Assembly (NCBI GenBank): GCA_041494685.1 | Contig: JBGQBE010000013.1 | Span: 54,735 to 74,734, forward strand | Direction: 5' to 3' | DNA from: Dehalococcoidia bacterium | GTDB lineage: Bacteria > Chloroflexota > Dehalococcoidia > DSTF01 > JACRBR01 | Length of the DNA stretch: 20,000 nt | Shown here: positions 7,935 through 16,648 of the stretch, piece after piece | Numbering within the stretch: the first letter of the stretch is position 1 | How the letters are laid out: each line of letters starts with the position of its first letter | Notes under the pieces: model-generated | What the model was told of the DNA's origin: nothing | The model's database searches: none | What the model saw: only the letters and a program-made list of their open reading frames with translations | Program-made: the position numbers and the translations under genes

Positions 7935-7937
7935 CGG

Positions 7938-8963
7938 CTACAGCACCGTCTTCGCGACCATCTCCAGGAACTTCGGCGGCCCGCCGACGAGCAGCGTCGT
8001 CATGATCGTCTCCTTCCACTTCGCCAGGTCGTCGCGGATCTTCGCGATCGGGCCGATCAGCGCCGTATCCTCGACCATCTGCCTGGGCACCGCGGCGATC
8101 GCTTCGCGCTTCTTCCCGGCGAGGTAGAGGTCCTGGATGCGGATGCACGTCTCCTCGTAGCCCAGCCGCGCCAGCACCTCGAAGTGGAAGTTCTGCCCGC
8201 GCGCGCCCATACCGCCCACATACAGCGCCAGCGTCGGACGGATCATGTCCGCTGCCGCGTCGATGTCGTCGTTCACGACGATCGGCACGCTGGCGGGGAT
8301 CTCGAAGTCCGCCCACGAGCGGCGTGCGTTCGGCCGGGCGAATCCCTCGTTCAGCGCGTCGCGGTAGAAGGCGTTGCTCTTGGGTGAGAAGAACGCCGGC
8401 AGCCAGCCGTCCGCGATCTCGGCGGCCATGGCGACGTTCTTCGGGCCTTCCGCGCCGAGGAGGATCGGCACGTCGGCGCGCAGCGGGTGCACGGTCGACT
8501 TCAGCGCCTTCCCGAGGCCGGTGCCGCCGTGGTACGGCATCTGGTAGTGGTGGCCGGAGAACTCGACCGGCGCCTCGCGCGCCAGCACGCGGCGGATGAT
8601 CTCGACGTACTCGCGCGTCCGCTCGAGGGGCCTGGAGTACGGCTGCCCGTACCAGCCCTCCACCACCTGCGGCCCAGAGGCGCCAAGGCCGAGGATGAAG
8701 CGCCCGTTCGACAGGTAGTCGAGCGTCAGCGCGGCCATCGCCATCGCCGCGGGCGTGCGGGCGCTGATCTGCGCGATGGCGGTGCCCATGCGGATGCGGG
8801 AGGTCTTCGAGCCCCACCAGGCGATCGGCGTCAGCGCGTCCGAGCCGTACGCCTCGGCGGTCCAGAAGGAGTCGAACCCCAGATCCTCCGCCGCGCGAAT
8901 GCTCTCTTCGATGCCAGCCGGCGGGCCGCTGGACCAGTAGCCCGCTGAGTACCCGAGTTTCAT
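7938..8963 (-). CDS. Luciferase-like monooxygenase (LLM) class oxidoreductase, probably F420-dependent
   Basis: GFDSFWTAEAYGSDA, ARTPAAMAMAALTLDYLSNGRFILGLGASGPQVVEGWYG, GAEGPKNVAMAAEIADGW and LYVGGMGA, resembling the Rv3520c-type family from memory. GAGGA SD and a TATGAT -10 at 8999-9004 on the minus strand. Confidence 0.9.
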   Translation of the reverse strand: MKLGYSAGYWSSGPPAGIEESIRAAEDLGFDSFWTAEAYGSDALTPIAWWGSKTSRIRMGTAIAQISARTPAAMAMAALTLDYLSNGRFILGLGASGPQVVEGWYGQPYSRPLERTREYVEIIRRVLAREAPVEFSGHHYQMPYHGGTGLGKALKSTVHPLRADVPILLGAEGPKNVAMAAEIADGWLPAFFSPKSNAFYRDALNEGFARPNARRSWADFEIPASVPIVVNDDIDAAADMIRPTLALYVGGMGARGQNFHFEVLARLGYEETCIRIQDLYLAGKKREAIAAVPRQMVEDTALIGPIAKIRDDLAKWKETIMTTLLVGGPPKFLEMVAKTVL

Positions 8964-9064
8964 TCCGCCCTCCTCTTCGCCGTCCGTGCCTCGCGGCGAT
9001 CATACCCCGCGCTCCCGCGTCGCACGAGCGCCGGGGCCGCGCGTCCGATATGCTCACCGGCATC

Positions 9065-9988
9065 ATGACGGGACGCCACGCCATCCACTACCGGCCGATG
9101 ACAGAGGCCGACGTCTCCGCGACGATGCTGGTCCGCAAGGCGGCGCTCGACTGGCTGATGCGCAGCGAGGGCCGCGAGCCGCCCGTGTGGATGCCGGGAC
9201 ACAGCAGCACGCTCGACCACCTGGTGCGGACGGATCCGGACGGCGCGTGGGCCTGCGAGATCAACGGCACGCTCGTCGGGTTCGGCATGGCGCTGGTGCG
9301 CGGCGACATCTGGTTCCTGTCGCAACTCTTCGTGCTGCCCGACGTGCACGCGCTGGGCATCGGCCGCGAACTGCTGCGGCTGACGCGCGAGTACGGCCGC
9401 ACAAGCGGAGCGCGCGTGTACTCCGTGGTGGCATCGACGTCGCCCGTGGGCCAGTCGCTGTACATGCGCGCCGGGATGTTCGCCGTCGGTATCGGCTATC
9501 GCATGACCGGGCCGTTCGCGCCTCTGCGATCGCTGCCCGCGCCGCCAGCGAGCGTGCAGGCCGTGGAGGGCATCGCCGCATGGCAGGACGACATCGCCGC
9601 GCTGGACCGGGGCGTGTTTGGCGCCGAGCGGCGGCAGGACCACGCCTTCTACCTCGGCAACCGCTTCTCCGACGCCGAGAGCACGTCGCTGGGCCTTGTC
9701 CGCGACGGGCGGCTCATCGGCTACGCCTACACGGACAGCGATGGGTTCCTCGCGCCGGTCGCGGCGTACGAGCCGATCGACCAGGCGCCGCTCCTGCGCA
9801 TGGCGGCGGACTGGCTGGCGGCGCGCGAGGTCGAGACCGGCAGCATCTGGGCTGTCTCGCACAACCACACCATCATCAGCGCGCTGCTGGCGGCCGGCTG
9901 GCGCGTGAACTCCTGGTCGTTCCTGCTCACGTCGGAGCCGTTCGGCCAGTTCGACCGGTACCACCCCGCCGGCGGCGTCCTGCTGTAA
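9065..9988 (+). CDS. GNAT family N-acetyltransferase (probable tandem GNAT domains)
   Basis: YRPMTEADV start pattern and acetyl-CoA motif A LSQLFVLPDVHALGIGRELL, followed by a second GNAT-like half. Start is uncertain: ATG 9050 overlaps a TATGCT -10 (9049-9054), so ATG 9065 is preferred. Confidence 0.8.
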   Translation: MTGRHAIHYRPMTEADVSATMLVRKAALDWLMRSEGREPPVWMPGHSSTLDHLVRTDPDGAWACEINGTLVGFGMALVRGDIWFLSQLFVLPDVHALGIGRELLRLTREYGRTSGARVYSVVASTSPVGQSLYMRAGMFAVGIGYRMTGPFAPLRSLPAPPASVQAVEGIAAWQDDIAALDRGVFGAERRQDHAFYLGNRFSDAESTSLGLVRDGRLIGYAYTDSDGFLAPVAAYEPIDQAPLLRMAADWLAAREVETGSIWAVSHNHTIISALLAAGWRVNSWSFLLTSEPFGQFDRYHPAGGVLL

Positions 9989-10017
9989 CGGCGCTATCCC
10001 GGCGCACGGGGTGGGCC

Positions 10018-10023
10018 TATACT
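10018..10023 (+). promoter_or_regulatory. Putative -10 element for glcDEF-deoD
   Basis: TATACT 35 nt upstream of ATG 10059. Confidence 0.5.
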
Positions 10024-10058
10024 GGGGCGACGCCTCCGCACGCTGGAAACCGAAGCTG

Positions 10059-11552
10059 ATGGCCACCGCATCCGACTCCATCTCCGCCCCCGCGCACCGA
10101 CCGGTGACGCGCGCCTGCGTGCGCGAGCTGGAGCGCGTACTGGGCCGCGAGCGGGTGCTATCGACGCCCGAGCAGCTCATCGCCTACGAGTACGACGGCA
10201 CGATCGAACGCGGCACGCCGCAGGCGGTCGTGTTTCCGGAGAGCACGGAGCAGGTGGCCGCGGCCGTCAAGGTGGCGCACCGCTTCGGTGTGCCGGTGAT
10301 CCCGCGCGGCGCAGGCACCGGCCTCAGCGGCGGCGCGATCGCCGCGATCGGCGGCGTTGTGGTCGCGCTCACGCGCATGAAGCGCGTGCTCGAGGTCGAC
10401 CCCGCCAACCGCATCGCCATCGTCGAGCCGGGCGTCGTGAACTTGGACCTGAGCCGCGCCGTGGCGAAGCATGGCCTCTACTACGCGCCCGACCCGTCGA
10501 GCCAGCGCGCCTGCACCATCGGCGGCAACGTCGCGGAGAACGCCGGGGGCCCGCACTGCCTGGCCTATGGCGCGACGACGAACCATGTGCTTGGCATGGA
10601 GATCGTGCTGGCCGACGGCGAGGTGACGTGGATCGGCGGACGCACGCGCGACCTGCCGGGCTATGACCTCGCCGGCGCGTTCGTCGGCAGCGAGGGCACG
10701 CTTGCGATCGCGACGAAGATCGCGGTACGGCTCATGGCGCTGCCCGAGTCGACGCGCACGCTGCTGGCGATCTTCAACACCGTGGACGACGCGAGCAACG
10801 CGGTCTCGGCGATCATCGCAACGGGCATCCTGCCATCGGCGCTGGAGATGATGGACCGCAACATCATCGCGGCTGTCGAGCCGGTGCTGCACGCCGGGTT
10901 CCCGCTGGACGCGGAAGCAGTGCTGCTCATCGAGGTCGATGGACTCGAGGAGAGCACCGTAGAGCAAGCAGACGAGATCCGCGTAATCTGCGAGCGGCAC
11001 GCGGCGCGCGAGGTACGCGTCGCGGTGGCGCAGGCGGCCCGTGACCTGCTCTGGGCGGGGCGCAAGACGTCGATCAGCGCGCTGGGGCGACTCTACCCCA
11101 ATTACTACGTGCTCGACGGCGTCGTGCCGCGCACGAAGCTCCCTGACGTGCTGCGCCAGACATACGCGATCGCGGCGAAGTACAAGCTCGACGTGGCGAA
11201 CGTCTTCCACGCCGGCGATGGCAACCTGCACCCTAACCTGCTCTTCGACGAGCGCGAGCCGGGCGTGAAGGAGCGCGTGCTTGAGGCCGGCGCCGAGATC
11301 ATGCGGCTCTGCGTCGACGCCGGCGGCAGCATCACCGGCGAGCATGGCGTCGGGCTGGAGAAGCGCGATTTCATCGCCTGGATCTTCGACGAGGCCGATC
11401 TGGCGGTGATGGCGCGGCTGAAAGCCGCGTTCAAGGCGGGCGACGAGTACAACCCGTGCAAAGCGTTCCCCACCGGCAAGGGATGCGGCGAGGTAACGCA
11501 GGCGCACATCCAGCGCCTCGCCGGGGCGATCGGACCGGACATCTATGTCTAG
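10059..11552 (+). CDS. glcD: Glycolate oxidase/dehydrogenase FAD subunit GlcD-like
   Basis: PRGAGTGLSGGA, YAPDPSSQRACTIGGNVAENAGGPHCLAYG, GSEGTL, FHAGDGNLHP, GSITGEHGVG. First gene of a D-E-F cluster. Confidence 0.92.
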   Translation: MATASDSISAPAHRPVTRACVRELERVLGRERVLSTPEQLIAYEYDGTIERGTPQAVVFPESTEQVAAAVKVAHRFGVPVIPRGAGTGLSGGAIAAIGGVVVALTRMKRVLEVDPANRIAIVEPGVVNLDLSRAVAKHGLYYAPDPSSQRACTIGGNVAENAGGPHCLAYGATTNHVLGMEIVLADGEVTWIGGRTRDLPGYDLAGAFVGSEGTLAIATKIAVRLMALPESTRTLLAIFNTVDDASNAVSAIIATGILPSALEMMDRNIIAAVEPVLHAGFPLDAEAVLLIEVDGLEESTVEQADEIRVICERHAAREVRVAVAQAARDLLWAGRKTSISALGRLYPNYYVLDGVVPRTKLPDVLRQTYAIAAKYKLDVANVFHAGDGNLHPNLLFDEREPGVKERVLEAGAEIMRLCVDAGGSITGEHGVGLEKRDFIAWIFDEADLAVMARLKAAFKAGDEYNPCKAFPTGKGCGEVTQAHIQRLAGAIGPDIYV

Positions 11553-12852
11553 GGCAGCCACGGCGCCGTCGATCGATAATTTTGTCGCTGCGATTAGACC
11601 GTCTCTCGAATCTGACGCGGTCTCCGCAGTACGCCTCGGCGAGTTCGCGGTCGACGGCATGACGCCGGAGATCGCGGTGACGCCGAACTCCGTCGAACAG
11701 CTCCAGAGGGTCCTGACCGAAGCGCGCGAAGCGCGGCTGGCGACCGTCGCTATCGGCGGTGGCACGCATCTCGGCGCGGGCAACGCGCCCGCGGCGTACG
11801 ACGTGGCGATCTCGACCGCGCGCCTCGACACTACTTTCGAGCACGAGCCGGCGGACCTGACAGTGACCGTGGACGCCGGCGTGCGGCTCGCCCTCGTGCA
11901 GGCACGGCTCGCTGAGCACGGCCAGACACTGCCGCTCGACCCGCCGTGCGGCGACGACGCCACGATCGGCGGCGTGCTGGCGGCGAACGCGCACGGGCCG
12001 CTGCGCCACGCCTACGGTACCGCGCGCGACTGGCTGATCGGCATCCGGGTCGTGCACGCGGACGGCGCCACGAGCAAGTCCGGCGGGCGCGTCGTCAAGA
12101 ACGTGGCGGGGTACGACATGCACAAGCTGTACGTCGGGTCGCTCGGCACGCTCGGCGTCATCGCGCAGGCGACGTTCAAGCTCGCGCCGCTGCCACGTGC
12201 GCAGACCACGGCCGCGGTGGCGTTCGGCACGGCGCGCGAGGCATGCGCTTTCGTCATCGCCGCGCGCGACGCCGGGCTTTCGCTGCACGCCGCGGAACTG
12301 CTCTCGCCGCCGGCGGCGCACGCCGTGATGGAAGATGCGCGCTGGATCGTGCTGGCGCGCGTCGCGGGAGGCGCGGCCGGCGTCGAGCGCAGCCTGCGCG
12401 AACTGGCACACTTGGCGGAAGAGACGCGGGCGGGCATCGACGAGGGCGACGGCGCGCCGGCGTGGCAGCGCTGGTCGCGGGCGTTCCGTCCGGGCGTGCT
12501 GTCGCTGCGTGTCAGCGTTATGCCGTCCGCCATCGCGGACACGGTGGAGGTGCTGGACCGCGGCTTCGCCGGCGCGGCCGCGCAGATGTCCGCGACCGTG
12601 ACGGCCGGTCTGATCCGCATCAACCTGGAGCCCTCGCACGAGGCGCGCGCCGCGGCGCTGGTCGCGCGGGCGCACGAGGTTGCGGCGCGCGCGGGCGGCA
12701 CCGTCTCCATCGATGCGGCACCGGCCGTGTTGAAGCGGGAGATCGACGTGTTCGGACCACTGCGCCCCGACTTCGCGATCATGCGCCGGCTGAAGGAGCA
12801 GTTCGACCCGCAGGGCGTCCTGTCGCCGGGCCGGTTCGCGGGGAGGCTGTAG
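11545..12852 (+). CDS. glcE: Glycolate oxidase FAD-binding subunit GlcE-like
   Basis: HEPADLTVTVDAG, ATIGGVLAANAHGP, GGRVVKNVAGYDMHKLYVGSLGTLGVI, LKEQFDPQGVLSPGRF. Overlaps glcD by 8 nt. Confidence 0.9.
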   Translation: MSRAATAPSIDNFVAAIRPSLESDAVSAVRLGEFAVDGMTPEIAVTPNSVEQLQRVLTEAREARLATVAIGGGTHLGAGNAPAAYDVAISTARLDTTFEHEPADLTVTVDAGVRLALVQARLAEHGQTLPLDPPCGDDATIGGVLAANAHGPLRHAYGTARDWLIGIRVVHADGATSKSGGRVVKNVAGYDMHKLYVGSLGTLGVIAQATFKLAPLPRAQTTAAVAFGTAREACAFVIAARDAGLSLHAAELLSPPAAHAVMEDARWIVLARVAGGAAGVERSLRELAHLAEETRAGIDEGDGAPAWQRWSRAFRPGVLSLRVSVMPSAIADTVEVLDRGFAGAAAQMSATVTAGLIRINLEPSHEARAAALVARAHEVAARAGGTVSIDAAPAVLKREIDVFGPLRPDFAIMRRLKEQFDPQGVLSPGRFAGRL

Positions 12853-14168
12853 TGACGGCGACGCACGAGCACACGCGCGCCGCGGGCCACGCGCCGACGC
12901 TCGCCGAGGACATCGCCCGCTGCGTGCACTGTGGCTTCTGCCTGCAGGTCTGCCCGACCTACCTGGAACTGGGCATGGAGACCGACTCGCCGCGCGGTCG
13001 CATCGCACTGATCGACGCGCTATCGACCGGTCGCGCGCAGCCGACGGCGCCGGTGCTGGAGCACCTCGACCGCTGCCTCCAGTGCCGGGCTTGCGAGACG
13101 GCGTGCCCGTCGGGCGTCGCGTACGGGCGGATCATGGAGACGGCGCGCGCCACGGTGCTGGAGGGCCCACGGCAACCGCTCGCGTGGCGCCTGCGGGTAG
13201 CGGCGCTGCGGGCGACCCTGCCCTACCAGTCGCGGCTGACGGCGCTGATGCTCGGCCTGCGCACGTACGAGCGCTCGCCGCTGCGCTCCCTTCTACGCCG
13301 CTCTGGAGCGCTGCGGCGCATCTCGTCGGGGCTGGCGCGGGCCGAGGGGGCGCTGCCGGAGCCGGCGCCGCGGGCCTTCGTGCCGCCGGCCCAGCCGGAG
13401 GGATTGACGCGGAGTGTCGCGCTGCTCACCGGCTGCGTGATGCCGCACCTGTATCCGCGCACGCACGCGGCGACGGTGCGCGTGCTCAACCGCCTGGGCT
13501 ACCGCGTGATCTTCCCGGAGCAGCAGACCTGCTGCGGAGCGCTGAACCTGCACGCCGGCGACCGCCGCTTCGCGCGGGCCCTCGCGCGACGGAACGTCGA
13601 CGCATTCCTGGGCGCGGACGTCGAGGCGGTGATCGTGAACTCCGCCGGTTGCGGCTCGGCGATGAAGGAGTACGGCGAGCTGTTGGGGCGCGACGCGCGG
13701 TACGCGGAGCGCGCGCGGCAGCTCTCGTCGCTGACGCGCGATGTACTGGAGTTCGTCGCGACGCACGACCTGGGGCCGCTGGGCTTCGTGCTGGGGGCGG
13801 TAACGTACCAGGACTCGTGCCACCTGGTGCACGCCCAAAAAGTCGCGAAGGCGCCGCGCGTCGTGATGGGCGCGATCCCGGGGCTGGAGCTGCGCGAGCT
13901 GGCCGCGCCTGACCGCTGTTGCGGCAGCGCCGGCATCTACAGCTTCGTGCAGCGGGAGATGGCGCAGCGGCTGCTGGACGCGAAGATGGACGACGTGCAG
14001 GCGACCGGCGCCGTCACCATCGCGACCGCGAACCCCGGCTGCATGACCCAGCTGGAGGCCGGACTCCGTCAGCGCGGCATGGACGGCCGCGTTGTGCACG
14101 TGATCGAGCTGCTCGACGAGGCGATGCGGGCCGCGGACGCGCGGCGGAACGGACACGCGCAGCCGTGA
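12852..14168 (+). CDS. glcF: Glycolate oxidase Fe-S subunit GlcF-like
   Basis: Two [4Fe-4S] motifs (CVHCGFCLQVCP, CLQCRACETACP) and two CCG domains (QTCCGAL, YQDSCHL...RCCGSAG, ANPGC). GTG start overlaps the glcE TAG, with GGGAGG upstream. Confidence 0.92.
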   Translation: MTATHEHTRAAGHAPTLAEDIARCVHCGFCLQVCPTYLELGMETDSPRGRIALIDALSTGRAQPTAPVLEHLDRCLQCRACETACPSGVAYGRIMETARATVLEGPRQPLAWRLRVAALRATLPYQSRLTALMLGLRTYERSPLRSLLRRSGALRRISSGLARAEGALPEPAPRAFVPPAQPEGLTRSVALLTGCVMPHLYPRTHAATVRVLNRLGYRVIFPEQQTCCGALNLHAGDRRFARALARRNVDAFLGADVEAVIVNSAGCGSAMKEYGELLGRDARYAERARQLSSLTRDVLEFVATHDLGPLGFVLGAVTYQDSCHLVHAQKVAKAPRVVMGAIPGLELRELAAPDRCCGSAGIYSFVQREMAQRLLDAKMDDVQATGAVTIATANPGCMTQLEAGLRQRGMDGRVVHVIELLDEAMRAADARRNGHAQP

Positions 14169-14875
14169 AGCCGATACACGTCCGCGCCGAGCCCGGCGAC
14201 GTCGCCCCGGTCGTGCTGCTCGTCGGCGACCCGGGGCGCGCCGTGCGGACGGCGGAACTGCTGGACGACGCGCGCTGCTACAACGAGTTCCGCGGCCTCA
14301 TCGGCTATACCGGCACATGGAGGGGGACGCGCCTGTCCGTGCAGACGACGGGCATGGGCTGCCCCAGCGCCGCCATCGTCTGCGAGGAAATGGCAATGCT
14401 CGGTGCGCGGACGCTGATCCGGCTGGGCACGTGCGGCGCGGTACGGGCGGAGATGCGCGCGACCGATCTCGTAATCGCGACAGCGGCATGCCCGCTGGAC
14501 GGGACGACGCCCACGTACATGAGCGGCGACCCGTCCGCGCCAGTCGCCACGTTCCGCGTGACGCGCGCGCTCGTCGCGGCGGCAGAGGCGGCGGGCGTGC
14601 GGCACCACGTGGGCGTTATCGTGACGGAGGACGCGCTGTACGCGGTGCGCGACGCCTGGGCGGAGCGCTGGCAGGCGCGCGGCGTGCTGGCGCAGGAGAT
14701 GGAGGCCAGCGCGATCTTCACCGTGTCCGCGCTGCGCGGCATGGAAGCCGGCTGCGTGCTCGTCGCGTCGAACCACGCCGGGCACCACGAGCGACTGCCC
14801 GACGCGGAGCTCCAGCCCGCCATCGACGCGATGATCCGCATCGGCCTCGAGGCCGCGGTCGCCCTGAGCGGTTAG
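14165..14875 (+). CDS. deoD: Hexameric (DeoD-type) purine nucleoside phosphorylase, Asn variant
   Basis: PIHVRAEPGDVA, GDPGRA, RGLIGYTG, TTGMGCPSAAIVCEE, IRLGTCG, EMEASA, VASNH. GTGA overlap with the glcF stop. Confidence 0.9.
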   Translation: MKPIHVRAEPGDVAPVVLLVGDPGRAVRTAELLDDARCYNEFRGLIGYTGTWRGTRLSVQTTGMGCPSAAIVCEEMAMLGARTLIRLGTCGAVRAEMRATDLVIATAACPLDGTTPTYMSGDPSAPVATFRVTRALVAAAEAAGVRHHVGVIVTEDALYAVRDAWAERWQARGVLAQEMEASAIFTVSALRGMEAGCVLVASNHAGHHERLPDAELQPAIDAMIRIGLEAAVALSG

Positions 14876-15864
14876 GACAGCTTCGCGCGCACCAGGTCCG
14901 CGAGGGACGTCTCCGGCCGCGCGCCGTAGTGGCTGATCACCTCGGCCGCGGCGATGGCGCCCATACGGCCGCAGGTGCGCAGATCGCGCCCCAGCGCGTA
15001 GCCGTAGAGGAAGCCTGAAGCGTACATGTCGCCCGCACCCGTGCTGTCGATCACGTGTGCGACCGGCTCCGCGTCGATCACGTGCACCTCGCCGTCGCTC
15101 ACGATGACGGAGCCCTTCGCACTGCGGGTGAGCGCCGCCACGTCGCACTTGCCGCGGACGCGCTGCAGCGCCTCGTCGAAGTCGTCGACCTGGTAGAGGG
15201 ACATGATCTCGTGCTCGTTCGCCAGCAGGATGTCGACGTGGTTCTCGACAAGGTCGAGGAACTCCTCGCGGTGGCGCTCGACGCAGAACGGGTCGGAGAG
15301 CGAGATCGACACCTTGCGGCCGGCATCGTGGGCGATGCGAGCCGCCTTGAGGAACGCCTGCTTCGCGCCCGGCGGGTCCCAGAGGTAGCCCTCCATGAAC
15401 GTGATGCTCGACGCGGCGATGAGCTCCGGGTCGACGTCATCCGGCTGGAGGTCCTGCCCGGCGCCGAGGAACGTCTGCATCGTGCGCTGCGCGTCGGCCG
15501 TGACGAAGACGAGGCAGCGGCCTGTGGGCAAGCCCGTCGGCGCCGGCGGCACGTCGTAGGCGACGCCTGCGGCGCGGATGTCATGCCGGAACACCTGGCC
15601 GAGCTGATCGCCGCTGACCTTGCCGATATACGCGGCGCGGCCGCCGAGCGACGCCACGCCGGCGATCGTGTTCCCCGCCGAGCCGCCGGAGATCTCGAGC
15701 GCCGGCGGCATGGCCGCGTAGAGGGCCTCGCCGCGTTCGCCGTCGATAAGCGTCATCGCGCTCTTCGTCAGGCCGTGCCGGTCCAGGAAGGCCTCGTCCG
15801 TGTGTGCGATGACGTCCACCATCGCGTTGCCCATGCCAACCACGTCGAACCGCGTCTCTGCCAC
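14872..15864 (-). CDS. PfkB/ribokinase-family adenosine kinase-like protein
   Basis: FDVVGMGNAMVDV, SGGSAGNT, GKVSGDQLG, QRTMQTFLGA, EGYLWD, LANEHE, IDSTGAGDMYASGFLYG. GTG start at 15864 after GAGAGGAG SD. Confidence 0.9.
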   Translation of the reverse strand: MAETRFDVVGMGNAMVDVIAHTDEAFLDRHGLTKSAMTLIDGERGEALYAAMPPALEISGGSAGNTIAGVASLGGRAAYIGKVSGDQLGQVFRHDIRAAGVAYDVPPAPTGLPTGRCLVFVTADAQRTMQTFLGAGQDLQPDDVDPELIAASSITFMEGYLWDPPGAKQAFLKAARIAHDAGRKVSISLSDPFCVERHREEFLDLVENHVDILLANEHEIMSLYQVDDFDEALQRVRGKCDVAALTRSAKGSVIVSDGEVHVIDAEPVAHVIDSTGAGDMYASGFLYGYALGRDLRTCGRMGAIAAAEVISHYGARPETSLADLVRAKLS

Positions 15865-15889
15865 CCCGGGCTCCTCTCTGCTCCGCCAC

Positions 15890-15918
15890 GGGATACCCGG
15901 CGGCGGGGCCGGTGTCAA
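15890..15918 (-). promoter_or_regulatory. Putative sigma70 promoter for the adenosine kinase
   Basis: Minus strand: TTGACA (15918-15913), 17 nt spacer, TATCCC (15895-15890). Confidence 0.55.
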
Positions 15919-15943
15919 TGCGACGCAGGCTGTCGCGCCGCTG

Positions 15944-15952
15944 TGCTAGCCT
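15944..15952 (+). promoter_or_regulatory. Extended -10 promoter giving a leaderless thermonuclease mRNA
   Basis: TGcTAGCCT followed by exactly 7 nt and then ATG 15960, with no SD. Confidence 0.6.
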
Positions 15953-15959
15953 GCGCCGC

Positions 15960-16565
15960 ATGAGGAGACCCGCACGCCGTCGCGCTCCCTGGCTCGCGTT
16001 CGCCGCGCTGGTGGTGCCCCTCGTCGCGGCGTGCGCGGTCGATACGGCCTCGCCGGCGCCCGGCGCGACTACGCGGCCGGGCGCCACGACCCCCGCCACG
16101 AAGGCGGCGGTGGCGCTGCCGGCGTGCGCCCCGCCCTACCCGGCAGGCGCGCCGACCGCTGACAGCGTGCGCTGCGCCGACCCCGCACCGATGCAGGCGG
16201 CGCGCGTCATCCGCATCGTGGACGGCGACACGCTGCACGTGGACCTCGCCAGCCGCGACGAGACCATCCGGCTGTACGGCATCAACGCGACGGAGGTGGG
16301 CCAGCCTTGCTCGGCGGAGGCGACCGCGCAGCTTCGCGCGCTCGCCGGCACGCAGGTGCGGCTGCTGCCGGACGCGCGGGATCGCGACCGCTACGGCCGG
16401 CTGTTGCGTTATGTCTATACGCCTGACGGGCGCAGCATCGATGCGGAGATCGTCGCGGAGGGACTGGCGCACGCTTGGACATCAGACGGTGCGCTGCGGT
16501 CTGCGATCATCGCGCTGGAAGGGCGCGCGCGGGCCGAACACATCGGTTGTCTCTGGACGCAGTGA
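15960..16565 (+). CDS. Thermonuclease (SNase-like) family lipoprotein
   Basis: Basic N-terminus, hydrophobic stretch and VAAC lipobox (Cys25), Pro/Thr/Ala linker, then VIRIVDGDT, IRLYGINATE, DRDRYGRLLRYVY, AEGLA, ARAEHIGCLW. Confidence 0.88.
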   Translation: MRRPARRRAPWLAFAALVVPLVAACAVDTASPAPGATTRPGATTPATKAAVALPACAPPYPAGAPTADSVRCADPAPMQAARVIRIVDGDTLHVDLASRDETIRLYGINATEVGQPCSAEATAQLRALAGTQVRLLPDARDRDRYGRLLRYVYTPDGRSIDAEIVAEGLAHAWTSDGALRSAIIALEGRARAEHIGCLWTQ

Positions 16566-16580
16566 CGCGGCCCAGCCCAT

Positions 16581-16609
16581 ATGACACAGGGCGCAGTCCC
16601 TGTTACCAT
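16581..16609 (+). promoter_or_regulatory. Putative sigma70 promoter for the Ser-rich lipoprotein
   Basis: ATGACA (16581-16586), 17 nt spacer, TACCAT (16604-16609) with extended TG at 16601-16602. Confidence 0.6.
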
Positions 16610-16648
16610 CCGTTGGGAAACGGCAAGGATTGCTCGAGGAGGATTGCA

